The notes under the pieces are model-generated. The model saw only the letters and a list, made by a program, of their open reading frames with translations, did no database searches and was not told the origin of the DNA. Below, one piece after another: positions 28,339-41,067 of a stretch of 64,000 nucleotides of DNA. Source of the DNA: Tubulanus polymorphus. Its lineage: Eukaryota; Animalia; Nemertea. The position numbers and the translations under genes are program-made. Within the stretch, counting starts at the first letter, position 1; every line of letters starts with the position of its first letter. Location: assembly GCF_964204645.1 (NCBI RefSeq), contig NC_134034.1:4295814-4359813 (forward strand). Direction: 5' to 3'.

Positions 28339-29538
28339 GCGATTAGTGTAAACTAATTGCCTGACTACATTTACATTTACATTTACTCTTTATTGCTCCA
28401 AATTGTACATAATTTTTCGAGCACAAAAACAACAGTAATATACACAGGAATAAAAGTTTACATACTTCTGCATAATATTTTAACATAAACTGCAAGTTTT
28501 CTTATCACATTTCTATCATTTGTATTGGATAATTTCCTAAATTTGTGGGTAGTTGGGTTTACTGTGACTACCTGTTGTAAGCTCGTTCAGTTCAGAAATT
28601 TTGACTTTGACCTACGATTATCAGTCATAATCTAATCAACTGCCAATTCACGAAGGATGTTTGATTTGGCCAGCGTATCTAGGTACTAACCATTGGAATG
28701 ATGACGTCAATCTAGTATTTCGTTCTGGTTCAGCTCTCAGCTTTTTATTATTTCTTTGGATAGGTCCTTCGTATGTACCGGTCGCTTTTCATGTCGGAGG
28801 CTAATGGAATCATTGGCGGAATGCTCCGTTGTTGTTGGTTTTATTTCGTTGATTAGCCGAATTTACGCCGCTGTTTATGTGGCACTTTATGATGTTTTCT
28901 TCTATTGCGAAAGAATACACCATTATAGCGATCTATTTGCTTTCCATCTCGTTGCCTCATTTCCCTCTCGCATTGCCTTCAAGCTCCAAATTGAAGTCAT
29001 TATTAGATTCAGAATTAAGTATTCATCTTTATTTTCATTAGGTTCAATCACCATTCCAATTCTGGTTTTTCGTTTGACAACCTTAACGCCTAGTAATATT
29101 CGTCGTGGGTATTAATATTCTTTTTTTCCAATTAAGCATCTCGTGTAGGCCATGCATCACTCGGATACCGTAATTAGATAAAATGGAAATTCCACGTTGC
29201 AAAATGGTTATAGAACATGTCGCCACTCTGTCGTAGTATGTTTTATGACAATGATGTAACTGACGACGGCTGTAGTCCATTTACCGATGAACGCTTTTTG
29301 CATCGTCAAGTCTGTCTGGATTGCGGCGACAAACAGAACACAAAAGCTCAGCGTATTGACCGTATGCGTCATTTCTGCCATTGCAAGATTACGCATTGAT
29401 ATACAATAGCTGCAGCTATAAAAAGAGGCCTTTTACGATTTAGCACTAGAAGTACTGATTAAATAGCGGCACTTGAGTGATACCGGGAATGGGAAACAGC
29501 AACAACGCCTAATATATCACCAACTCTCACGCTCTACA

Positions 29539-29794
29539 TTTAGTTATTTCACCGACAATAGAAATTAAATTTAAAAAAACAGTTCTTATTATCTTTGTTC
29601 TATCGTTTCGGGTGGATTACTTCCACACATCTTCATAGATGTATTTCATTTATTTATTTTTAAATAAATCTCTGACGATATGAGGAAATAATCCTCCCAA
29701 ACGTCAGAACAAAAGTAATAAGAACTGTTTGTTGGATTTGTATTGTGAGTGAAACAACTATATATCAAGACTGAAAATAGTCTCAACCATCTGT
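29539..29794. mobile_element. Fold-back hammerhead element, family E
   Basis: Plus TCT-CTGACGA..CCC-AAA-CGTC-AGA (29669-29708, G12 lost); minus arm ATGAAGA..CCC-GAAACG; flanking GCTCTACA at 29531-29538 and 29795-29802. Confidence 0.65.
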
Positions 29795-30399
29795 GCTCTA
29801 CAGCGCTTAAGTTAGTTCAGTCTCAACTTTGAGGTATATATAGTTTCACAGCTCAGCGATAACGGGCTTTCTGCATTAATGATCATTTTACTCGGGGAGC
29901 AATAAAGCGGCATTGGAATCATTTTCCAAATTTCAGTCCTACACCCAATCTTTTGTGTTTGTGGATAAAAGGTACTTTAAATCCCTGACAACTATGTACC
30001 CAAATTGCGCATGCTAAGATCTAAAAAAATGGTGGCTTTTTCAAGCGATGAAATCTAGGATTGAGGGTCGAACGGATTGAGTTTAGATGTCCAATATTGT
30101 GTAATCTAATCGGTGCCTCCATCTATCCATTTACCGACGCCGGTACATGCAAAGGCAGACTAATTTTCAACGCTCTCCAAAACGATGTACTACACAACGC
30201 AGTGAAATTATATAGCTATGAATGGTGAAAAGTTAAATCGTTTTGATCCGTGCCTGGTGAAATACACCTTAACAAAGCGAATATTTTTTTTTTGTTACGT
30301 GAATGAAATAAAAATCATTATTGAATTGGTTTATCCGAATCGCATTGAAGTCCGCCCTATAACGGGCACCAGACGGCGCAACAAAACACTGAATCATAT

Positions 30400-30682
30400 G
30401 TAGTGAAAATAAATTCATTTTCAATGAAATTTGAACTTGATTTTCAGGTTTCCAAATACGAAAATTATCAAATTAAGTCGTCGGGTAGATAAATGATTGC
30501 CCTTTTCATACGGTGTATTGCATAGATTTCACCCAAAAATTGATTCAGTAATGATAACAGTTGATCTTCGTTCAATTGGAGTGTATACAGAAATTGAAAC
30601 GCGATGACCAAGTACCACTAGCGATCCTGGCGGACTATCGCTGAGTCCTCGCTTCCCTCGGTAGGGTTGCCGGTACCCCGAT
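30400..30682 (+). repeat. Family A copy
   Basis: ttcattttcaatgaaatttgaact..ccactagcgatcctggcgga..gccggtacccc. Confidence 0.65.
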
Positions 30683-33600
30683 GCAAGTATTTGATTCGTC
30701 ATAAGGCTTTCAGTATATATATCAAGTGCCATCAATCTAAAGCGTCATGAGACTAGCCCCAGAATGTGAAATTGTGACTTTCTCATTAGAAGCTTTAATA
30801 GGCGGTGATATGTCAAAACGCCCTCGCATTGTCCGAAAGTCGATGGAAAGGCGTAGTCTTGAAAAACAGACAACAAAAACGATATTCAGCTTTTGTTTCA
30901 CGAGTGGGGAATGAAAATTATATTGGAAACGTTTAAAGAATTACGATAGGGTTTTTCTGTTTAAGGCACCCAGGTCCTAATGCTGTCACCGTATATATAC
31001 ATGCAATTCCAAAAATATTAGACTAACTTTCTATTTGGAGTTTTGGACGGTTTCATTGATAACCATATATACTTTTAATCACGGAAAAGTTAATACCGAT
31101 TGACATTTGGTATACGCATCGGAAATTGCAATGAGGAAGACAAAATAGCTGCAAGGGCAATGATCCTGTGGTATCCTCGCGCGTCACTTAATTGAATTTC
31201 CCGTTTTCGCAGTTAGCGTTGTAAGTTCCCTATCGAGAAAATAGCACGTCAAGAGTCGTTTTGATTAAAGGGCGCTGCACCAAAAAGGTAATTTAAAGAT
31301 GAAAAGACCCCGTTTGACCCCCGTAAGCACGCAGTCTATTTGCCGATTGGAAATATTTGTTAGCGTTGCTTAGACGTCGACGATCGCTCGAAAGCGATGA
31401 TTAATTAGGACTGTTAAATTATCGGTTGGAAAATGTTTTGAATATTTTTGCCGATAATATTCTATCAATTTGAATTTTGACACCGACCTAAAGCTCCCGG
31501 TATGCTTGGTGGTAACCAGAGGGTCTTATCAATACCCCACTGAACCTGAACTTTTATAATGAGAAACGATGCATCTCTTTTTAGGCGCATCAACCCTTAC
31601 GTACGCCCTTACCCCATGTATTAACGTGAGCATATATTTCAATGAAATGCGTGGATCGTCGATCGATGAATAATCTTCAGGGCCTGGTTTTATGGACCGG
31701 TATTACCTTTAACCCTGGGGCTAATTCAATTGAAAATGAATTGAGTTAACTCGGGTTTGAGGTAACAATAGTCTGTAAAACCGGCTACAGATTTTCTGGC
31801 TGAGCGTGTTCTTTCTATCTATGCGGGAGATGTCCGTAATGCAGCGCAACTCACAGGCGTATACAGCGACGGATCCCCCACAATAGTCTTGCTCGCTATT
31901 ATGTGATTTCCATAAGTAATGAAGTGAAATTTGGGAAAGATCGCTATTCAATTTGCGAGTGAAGTTAAAACGTACTCCGTTCGTGCCTAGAACGCGTCTG
32001 CGCGCATTAGATTCTTAAAAGTATTCTGGGGGAAATCCTCTCTTTTCCAGACCCCCTTCCTAATTTGTGCATCCCCCTCCTTGAAATCCTGGATCCGCCG
32101 CTGTTATAGCGTGTCACTTTTACTTAATTTCTTGTAAAATCCTCCCACGCGTGCACACACACACACCACAACCTAAGTTCTTTGTCTGGAGAGGAATCGG
32201 ATTATCGCCGGCCAATTGGGGTTTTACGAAATCCTACATGCTTCCACCTGACGACTGTTTCTTAATCGTACCATAAAAGCTTAACAGCGCGCAAAAAGAC
32301 TGACCAAATTGGATTTGATATGCCGAACGATCAACACGCGATTGTCTGAGCGTGCCACCTATCGGGCTTAACAGAAGCCTTCTCGAGACTGCGTCATATG
32401 TATTTTCAATTGTAAAATATAGACTTAGAAATGATAGGCGTGTTTTTTATCATATATAGTTCATATATGCATCAAGCAGCAGTTGCCCCAACAACGCTAA
32501 GATAGATTACTAACTGCGGCAATCGACGATTCTGCTCGTAGCAAGTGAGAGTTTGGACGGTTAATATAAACCTATCAACGAAGTAAATAAAGCGAGGAAG
32601 ACTGATTAACTATAGTTAATCAGTCTTCCTCGCCTAAGTTTTCTCTTAAGTTAATCAAAATGGGCAATGAAAAAATGACCCGTTGTAAAATAGCCCGGGT
32701 AAAGAAACTTTATATTATCCATGATTTAAAAACCGTTTTATTCCGTGTTAGCTACACATAGTTTCCAGAGGAGCGTATATGAACTTCTATAAGGAGCCTT
32801 GCGCTATATAAGTGACAATCTATCATTATTATCATTCTTATGATGATGAAATATTCTAGAGATGATTAAGAAATAAATTGACTAATTTCACCGAAGTTAA
32901 AATGACTGATAGCGATCTCGGCCTCGCTGTACTTTCGTAACTTATAAGTCTAAAATTGGTCTTAGACCGTATTATATACTTGAATAGGATTGTAAGATGG
33001 GCTTAATAACTAAGACAGCTTTGAACTAGTCCTGCTATATAAATGGGAGCGAGATGGAGGGGGATTGATGCAAACTATACTGAATAAGGGTGGGGTGCGA
33101 AATTTAGAGTAAAGGAAATTCAGGCTGCTGAGGTATGCGCGGAACGGAGCTGCATGAGCCTGTGATAAATACAGCCGGTGACTGAAGATGGAGATATTGC
33201 TCAAGAAAGCTGGTATAAAACATAGTTCGCGCGATCAAACGCATCATTCTTTGCTTCGGTCGCAGATTTATGAGTCTAAGCGTATGATGACAGTTTGATA
33301 AGCGGCACTGTTTGATAAGTGTCATATCGGATATAAGCCGCGCTGAAAATACACACTTCATCTGCTGCGCGGTTTAATAACTTATCGTTTGCTTTGAACG
33401 TGTAATTTGAGAAAATGAGTTTTTCAAATCGCGCGACGTCGCGCGGAACTCGACAATCATCTCGACCTCAGATAACGTCGGTTAATTAATAACTGTTTTA
33501 CATCATAGATTATGCAATTCCAGGGACTCTTTTCTAAAATTTTGCCAGTGCTTACTTTTAGGGCAGTTATTTCAAAATTCTTGCTCGGTGGTACTTATGT

Positions 33601-33726
33601 CGAGCGGTGAAGAAATCGGCATCGTCCGTTTGTGAAAATGAGTTTCATGACTGGAAGAATGGTATTAATCTTGCATTTAAAGTTAACAAGTTAGAAACAT
33701 ATAAAACCCCACAACATATTCTTATT

Positions 33727-33870
33727 TGAGGAGAGAATCCCACAATGATAATAAAAAGTCCGAAAATGAAACTTCGAGATAGTAGTTTATTTCAACGTTT
33801 CGACTATATCCTAATAGTCATCTTCAGGAATAATGAGATACTACAGAAATTATGAGATATATATATATAT
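33727..33870 (-). mobile_element. Family D hammerhead element (single arm), near-identical to the 8.2 kb copy
   Basis: About 135 bp with only 2 differences from 8199-8335; intact CTGAAGA..GAAACGTT core; no TSD found. Confidence 0.8.
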
Positions 33871-33884
33871 ACAATCCTCATCAT

Positions 33885-34444
33885 CGAGATTGCCACGGTA
33901 CGAAACCCTGCCACACTAGACTGCGGCTGCGCAGCTGTACATGCGCATGTGTACCGCGCGAAAACTTGCGGCACCAATCAGAATGCTCGTTGTATAATCG
34001 CTATAAATGAACTATGACATTATAACTATAAGGAGAGAAATCCCACATTGATTCAGTCCGATGTAAAAAAATACTCGAATAGAAGAGAATTTGTTAAGAG
34101 CAACATTTCGGCTAAACATTATTAGCCTGATGATTGCTCTAATAGTGTTAAGGCGAAACGTTGCTCTTAATAGATTCTCTTCAATTCTAGTAAAATTTTT
34201 AATCTTGGACTGAATCATTGTGGGATTTTTCTCGTCATCCATCTTACACGGATATAGTGTATCTTCTCGTCGCATTATAACTATAAATAAAAAATCCGGG
34301 CTAAAATAAAACAAGATTTCTGATTGGCAAATAATTAGACCATCTAAGCTGTGCATGTGCCTGCGCACTCGGGCTGGTGTGACAGGGTTTCGTGCCGTGG
34401 CGATGCTTGGTTCAATCAGGTTCGAATCCCTGCCGGGGAGGATG
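33885..34444. mobile_element. MITE family C copy, interrupted by a D element
   Basis: Shares ccctgccacactagac, caccaatcaga and gggctaaaataaaac blocks; ends ggttcgaatccctgccggggaggatg. Confidence 0.7.
34032..34272 (+). mobile_element. Fold-back family D hammerhead element nested in a family C MITE
   Basis: AGC-CTGATGA..GC-GAAA-CGTT-GCT (34124-34165); 14-bp TSD CATTATAACTATAA at 34018-34031 and 34273-34286. Confidence 0.8.
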
Positions 34445-35558
34445 CTTGTCAGTATCTACTTGTCTTATCGTGTATCTTAGCGATTGTTTCTTCATAGCTC
34501 CTGTCTTGAACCATTCCTTCGTGACAACTGTTTTTCTAAATCACTGTAATTCATTATTAAATCATGAAAGTGTCAGACAGTAAACGCCTTGATATCAACT
34601 GGTGGGTTTTTACTAGGTGTCGTGCTCAGCTGTGAGGGAGTTCTAGTCACCCGATGCGATATCGTTTGGGTGTTTCTCAATTTCTGTTCCTGACGGGTTT
34701 GTATATTGCGTGCGCGATAACCCCGAAGAACAACTCTCGGGTATATTCGCGGATATGTATTTGCATGCATACAAAATTCCTGATCGTTCAGAGTTCGGAA
34801 ATGATTTCAATTAGGTATCACACGAGTTGGATTTCAAAAGGTGAACGTCCGCGGGTTTTGCATGTGTTCAGAAAGTTGTTTTAGTTCGCTGTATACATTC
34901 GGATTGAAAATGAACTACAAACGCCATACATAAGACAAACGTATGGTCATTATACATACGTATCACTTTCAGAAGGTGTTCGATCGCACGTCACATTTTC
35001 CTGAGACGTTAAAAGGCCTTACACCAGGCATTACGCGCTTAATCAGCAAGCTATCAAAAGGGATCGCGAATTCATGACTAGGTTTGATCCGATGGTTTCA
35101 GAGCCTGACTCACATCGAAGGAACTGTTTATTTTCCTAACCATATTTTGTTAGGAATAAACATCGAAACAAACGTATTCTGCCATTGGTGATGTTGTGCA
35201 GCCGACTTATGATATAAGCAAGAATTTATGAGACGAGGCATTTTGCGGCTAGATAATAGTTACAATATTGGTCTTCAGTTTCCATAAATATATGTATACA
35301 TATATTCATGTCAGATTACAGTCATGATCTATACGTAATTAATCTTTTTTTATAATTGGGTAAGATGTTTTGTTGGAATTCAGATTGGTTTTTAACCTTT
35401 AGACTATTAATTTCATTTCATTCCGAGCACCGTGAAAACTTCGGCCAACCCCATACTCAAATATTGCTATACCTGTATCACCAACTTCGATTATTTAACG
35501 AAATTGGGTACCGGCGCCGCTACTCAATCGAGAACTCGAGAACTTGTTCGCTACAAGT

Positions 35559-35882
35559 CATCTTCACCCGTCAAGGGATTCGAACCCACTCTGCTAAAGC
35601 CGTTCCCGAACCCCTTGACCTCACGAGTCGTTGGAGTCGTTACTAGCCGACCAGAATCAGATCGGGCTAATCACAGCGCTTGTTACAAACGACATTAGGC
35701 ATCTATGGAATTCCTGGTAAATGGACCAATCAGCGAACACGTAGCGAACGCGGAAGTATTGTCGCGTGTTGATATATGACGTCATGCGCAAAAGCGCTAG
35801 TAATGAAATCGCACGTCGTGAGGCCAGGGGGCTGGTGGAAGCGAGTTCAGGAGCGATACCGGACCCCTGGCAAGCGAGGATG
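35559..35882. mobile_element. MITE family B (9-bp TSD, Mutator-like)
   Basis: Imperfect TIR CATCTTCAC../..GCGAGGATG; TSD GCTACAAGT at 35550-35558 and 35883-35891; homologs at 57715-57960, 27690-27848 and 26787-26845. Confidence 0.75.
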
Positions 35883-36065
35883 GCTACAAGTTAACTTACC
35901 CGGTATTCCGCGTTGGATTTCTTCTACATTTCATGGAGAATTGAATGATCTTTTTGAATCTTTTAATCTTCTTAGAAAATCGAGGAACAATGAAAACCAT
36001 TCTAATACCTGAGCAGAAAAATGAAGCCTAAGTTAAATGCATATTGAAAATGAACTGATTTCGAC

Positions 36066-36420
36066 TAGGATTAGGATTAGGATTAGGATTTTATTTACAC
36101 TCCAACCATCTCATGGTACACGGAGGGAGACTTATACAAAGTATACAATATTTACAATTAACAGAAAGTATAAACTTGGTTTGATAAAATATAACTAAGT
36201 TGACTAGACTTAGTGCTCGCCACGCCTCTGGTGGGTAGATGGTGAAGCGGGTTCCCCAATGTGGCGATTGAGATTCTGGGCAATTAGCTTCCTCCTGTGG
36301 CATCAAACCGTTTCTTCGGGATAGTTAAAAAAGTTCTATACATGTTGATTGAATAAGTTAAAATTGTGGAACACAGACTCGTGTCTGGAAGATGCTCAAA
36401 TGCCATAAATGAAATCCTCG
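36066..36420 (-). mobile_element. Family L LINE 3' remnant with (AATCCT)n tail
   Basis: Same terminal stem; upstream minus frame DFIYGI*..NLFNQHV*NFLTIPKKRF resembles decayed LINE ORF2 ends. Confidence 0.5.
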
Positions 36421-36789
36421 ATTTCCCGTGGCGTCGCCGGGTACGCATTGAATAGCTGTATTACAGACGAATTTCGCTAATAGACGGTTCAGCGATGGGA
36501 CTCCGTGAAGTTCATTGAAATCGATTTCAATGAACTTCATTGATTTCTTTATCCCACAACTTTAATCCTAGTTTTGTGCACACACTCATCAGTCTGTTTT
36601 TTTTTCTATGCATCGCGACTGCTAATTTAAACCAATACAGATACGTAGGCAAAAAGAAAGTAATTTATTTTGTGCCCTCTATCTCATCTTCTGTCGAGTC
36701 CCTCGTTATAAAACCGAACGCTTTCGTATGTTTTTTAAAGAGGATATTACCATAGTCGCATCGGATGTAATTAACCGAACTATAATAGA

Positions 36790-37400
36790 GCGCCGAGGCT
36801 TGATTTCGTTAAACCGCGTCGTTCGGCGTCATGTCGTATGTTCCCCGCGTCACTCGCGTGCGTGCGCGATGCTCGCCCGCTCTCGGCGTCTTAATGCAAC
36901 TTAGTAACGAGACGGAAAATTGATTAGCGGTTTACTAGCGGCCGGTGAGCTCTTACTTGCGCGCGACTCTTCTGTACCGCGAGCGTTTCTCTGCGGAAAA
37001 GGACATCACATTTGCGACATACACCTTCGCGTAAGCGTACGTAACTATAATTGCGTTCGGTTTGCAATTATTAATCAGAATCTTCATTAGCTTCCCTCAG
37101 CATCACGAGACGATATCGACTCCGTGCGCGGTTTACTGCGATACGAACGATCTTTTTTGCCGACTTCGTAGCTGTAACCGTAGCTGGACGGAGTAAACTA
37201 TCGCTGCTTTTCGAATAGAAAGTAGTCGCGCTATCCGACTAGCTTGTTACTCGAAATCGAATATAACGGTTGATTCAGGAAAAAGGCAGGCGTTATCGAT
37301 CGACCGACGAAACGCACCGAGAAGTGAAGATTTCAGCCGATTTTGAATTCAACTCGAAAAAGCACGGACGCATTATATACGTATATACGCGGTGGACTAT
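36790..37400 (+). promoter_or_regulatory. CpG-rich non-repetitive segment; candidate promoter or 5' UTR exon of the receptor
   Basis: High CG density (cgcgtcactcgcgtgcgtgcgcg), Inr-like TTAGT near 36901 and possible donor gtaagc at 37031; about 7 kb upstream of the first coding exon found. Confidence 0.3.
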
Positions 37401-38899
37401 AGGACTGAAAAAGTAATCTCCTTGTTTTGATAACTAGATGGATGATTGTTTACTTTTTCTGGCGATCTTAAATGACACCCGGTCCCTATTTTAGTATTTT
37501 CATGTCGAGGTGATCGGGCTGCATCGTTTAAAAGATCGTGGACATCGCATTCGAGCCCGCGGAACTGAGAAAAGTTCTCCTGGGGGCGAATTCCAGGCAG
37601 AAAATTGCTGCGAAAGATTATTCCGTCATTGGTTTTTTTATACCAGCGGCGTTCGATAGTAAACTGCGGTTTGGAAGTTAAGTTTTAACAAATCAGCGTC
37701 GATTGATCGTCATCGCTTCGTCACCGACTCAGCGTCATATTAGGCGCCGAACAAAAAAATTTCATTTTCTAAACTTTATTCAGCCGATTCTTGCATTCGA
37801 GAATTTCGTTTGACTGAAAGGAATATTGAATTATCTAAAAAAGTTAGTCACGTAAGACAGGTTTTTCTTACCGAAGAAAGAAAATACAGGACTCGAACCC
37901 GATCTCATATTATTTCAGCACAGTTCACATATTCGTTGAGCGCAATCATGTCGGATACCAGTTACGTAGCTACAATCTATACGAATATGAAAGAGGTAGG
38001 ATGGTTTATTCGTTATTTGTTAGTTAACATCTCTCGAAATACGAGCCCGGTGGAGCCTGGTAGTACTGTTTTTTTTTTGTTGTTCTTAGTTTCTTACAGA
38101 ATCTTGCAGCGACTTTCGATATTTCAAATGTGTTTTCTGCCTCCAAACCCAAACAAGGGCTGAAACCGTGTTTAATATTCTAGCCAGTGTCCCTTAGATA
38201 GTAGGCCATGCATAAGACACAGGAATGTCGGAAAAATAATCGGCATAATAGAATTGTGATGTCCGTTTTTTCTATTCATTTCTATTATTAGTTTCTTCGT
38301 AAAAGCCGAATTTTCTAAGACGAAAACTCGCGCATGTCGGCTGAAAAATTTATACGATAAAGGCAAAATCATGTTTCTAAGTCGCCTTTGTTTTCGTTCA
38401 TTCAAAAGCAGGCGAACATTCAAGACTTCTTTCAACTTGGACCGTAGATTATTACAACATCCACGGGGGATGGATAAACATAGTAATTTGTATATATTCT
38501 CAAAAAAGTTAGTTTCCGTGTATAAGAAATTATTCATTATCGATACATTTCGACCATTCTCTCATTAATAAATTTTACCAACTAAAATAAAGTTATGTCT
38601 CATGTTGAAGAACTATCGTCGGTTCGCTGTCCCGGTATACTTCCTAAAACTTGGAGTTTCGGTGAAAAAGTCGGCAAATGTGTGTGCCAGTCCTGCAGCG
38701 TCCGACTTAGGTGTGGTTTACTGTGTTGAAGCACGAGAGATTATATTTCACGACCAGGCGGGTTCCAAAATTTAATAACCCTTTGATTACGTATGTAAAG
38801 ATAAATTCCTGTTTTCGCAAAACTTATTATACCATGGGGTAGAAAATGAAATGTTTCCGTTTCATTCTTGGCAAGTGTAGATGAGACGATCAAGACAAG

Positions 38900-39028
38900 T
38901 GACAGTGAAATTACGCGCACTCACGGGGGACCGAACCCGGGTATCGTACGTGTAGAAAGCAACCATTAAACCAATAGAACTAGCTCCACTTGGCCAGTGG
39001 TAATACAGCTTGTCCTATATGCGTAACA
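38900..39028 (-). mobile_element. Family G tRNA-like cassette
   Basis: Minus strand TGTTACGCATA..CACTGGCC..CTAGTTCTATTGG..CCCGGGTTCGGTCCCC..GAGTGCGCGT. Confidence 0.6.
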
Positions 39029-40955
39029 TAAATACCACCAAATAAGCAAAAATTAAATCTATCGAACAAATAAAAGGGAGGATCATGAGAACACATTCGT
39101 CGTTTGTTACTTATCATAGTTTTTTTCAATTGCTGAAGTGATTATGAATTCGAGGCGGTCGGTCGTCTACGATCCAAAATAAAAAAAAAACGAAAAGATT
39201 ATACCTTGCTCGTCATCACTAAAAAATTCCGCCTGCATCGGAAAGTGAACCGGCCCTAAAATCAAATGCGCCCTCCCGCATCAATACCCTACAAAAGTTC
39301 TGTTTTGTTTGTTTTATCGGAGATTAGAATTTGCTATATATGCAAATAAATCATTAATCATCATTATCATTATCATTATTTTATGATTCATTAACTTTAT
39401 TATTCTAGTCATTGATTTCGTCATTAAGAATGGACCCGTCCGCGGTTTCGCAAAAACGATCACATCGTACGATTTTCGTTTTCATTATCTTCGTTCATGT
39501 CGTCGTCATCAATAACCGTTATAATCATAATTCAAGTGAAGTCATCGAGAATGAGGAGGTCATCGTCAGCCGGGAATCGATGTTTTACAATTGACAATTC
39601 CTAGTCGCTGTTTTTCAAACTCCGGTACATACCGGCACGCTGCCTCTTTCTTACGTAGGTATGTGATGTTTCTTGGAAAATGCACGACGTTCACGAGTGT
39701 AGTTATTATAGTTTATCCACGCTTCAGTTCCTTCTGAATTTCAAATTAAATCAAACCAACTTTCCTCTCTAAGAAGTGGATATCTACCATAAACGAGAAC
39801 TCGACCGAGCGCGCGGTGAAAAATTCAATTTAAACGCGCCAGGCGCGTGTACGAATATTTGGATTCTCGTGCCTGAAATCAAGTTCGAACGTAGTTGGTT
39901 GATCGTAGGAACTGATAAATATAAAAATCAGGTTTGTGGATAAAATTAAATTGCAATATTGAGTTATATTGCTTTAACTGTTGTCCTGGGGTTCAGAGCA
40001 TTTTTCGAACAGTGACCCAGCGAAAGGGATAGGTATGCGTCTCAGTAACGTTAACGTGAGTTATCATGACAGACCTGTGTGTCAAAATCACTTACCGGGA
40101 TCAGAAAATCACAATGCTACCAAGCAAACGACGCGCAACGGCGGAAATGTCCTCTTTATAGCGCAAGTATCACAGCTGGCCGCTGGCGCAGCTTACCGAG
40201 TCCTTTGACGTGAGGTGGATTATGCGGTTTTTAACGCGATGAAAATGGATATCGATAAATCGTTACGGTCATTATCAGCCACTGAAAAGTGTCCTCAGAG
40301 CCTGAATCGAAGTTCAGAGTCCAGAGAGATGAGATCTTCGGGATCTCCTGCCGGATAATTTCCTGAAATTTAACGCCAACCACCGACCTGTTTCGGAGGT
40401 ATGTTTGTGGATACCCACAGGTCTTAGTGCAAATCCTTTGCGATTCCCCGGATTCATTCAACCCGATAAGTCATCGGTGATGTTTCTAGGATATCCTCCA
40501 GATAATTCAAGGAGACCATATGCCGTTGAACCGCGTCCATATGCCGACTTCTGGTTCAAGATGAATTCCAGTTCGCCACATCGTTCGTGTCTCCGGGTAA
40601 TCGTTAACGGAATTGTTCTTAAGGGTACGTGATTGCGGTCTCGAACTTGCAGCCGCCATGGTTTTCTATCACCGATAGGGCTGATAGTGAGTCCCACTTT
40701 CGGGTCGATGTCAATCTTGGCTTTGTTGACGGCGTGGGCTTCTCATCGGCAATTGCGGTCGGCCATCCGTGGGACGACTATCGAATATATAACACTATCT
40801 CAGTTAAAAGCGCTTGCGTTTCCATATTTACGATTTGTTATTCATTCTACAGTAAATCTCGTCTTTTTCGTGGACCACGTCTGGAAGAAAACCCGTCGAC
40901 ACGTCTCGAAGGGCTTCCAGCTGCTCTTCGACCTTGAGCGTGAGCTGTTGTGCTG

Positions 40956-41067
40956 TTAAGTATGGTGGCTGATTCGGGCCATACTAAAAAAATTTTCTAT
41001 ACGGCTAGAGCAGCAGAAACGTACAGAAATTTTTTTTAAAATGGCCCGAATCAGCCACCATAGTTAA
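40956..41067. mobile_element. TTAA-bounded palindromic MITE
   Basis: TTAA-gtatggtggctgattcgggccat..atggcccgaatcagccaccatag-TTAA. Confidence 0.75.

Noticed and set aside
36066-36090. Interstitial telomere
   Set aside because: Unit is TTAGGA, only about 4 copies, and it is the tail of retroelement family L
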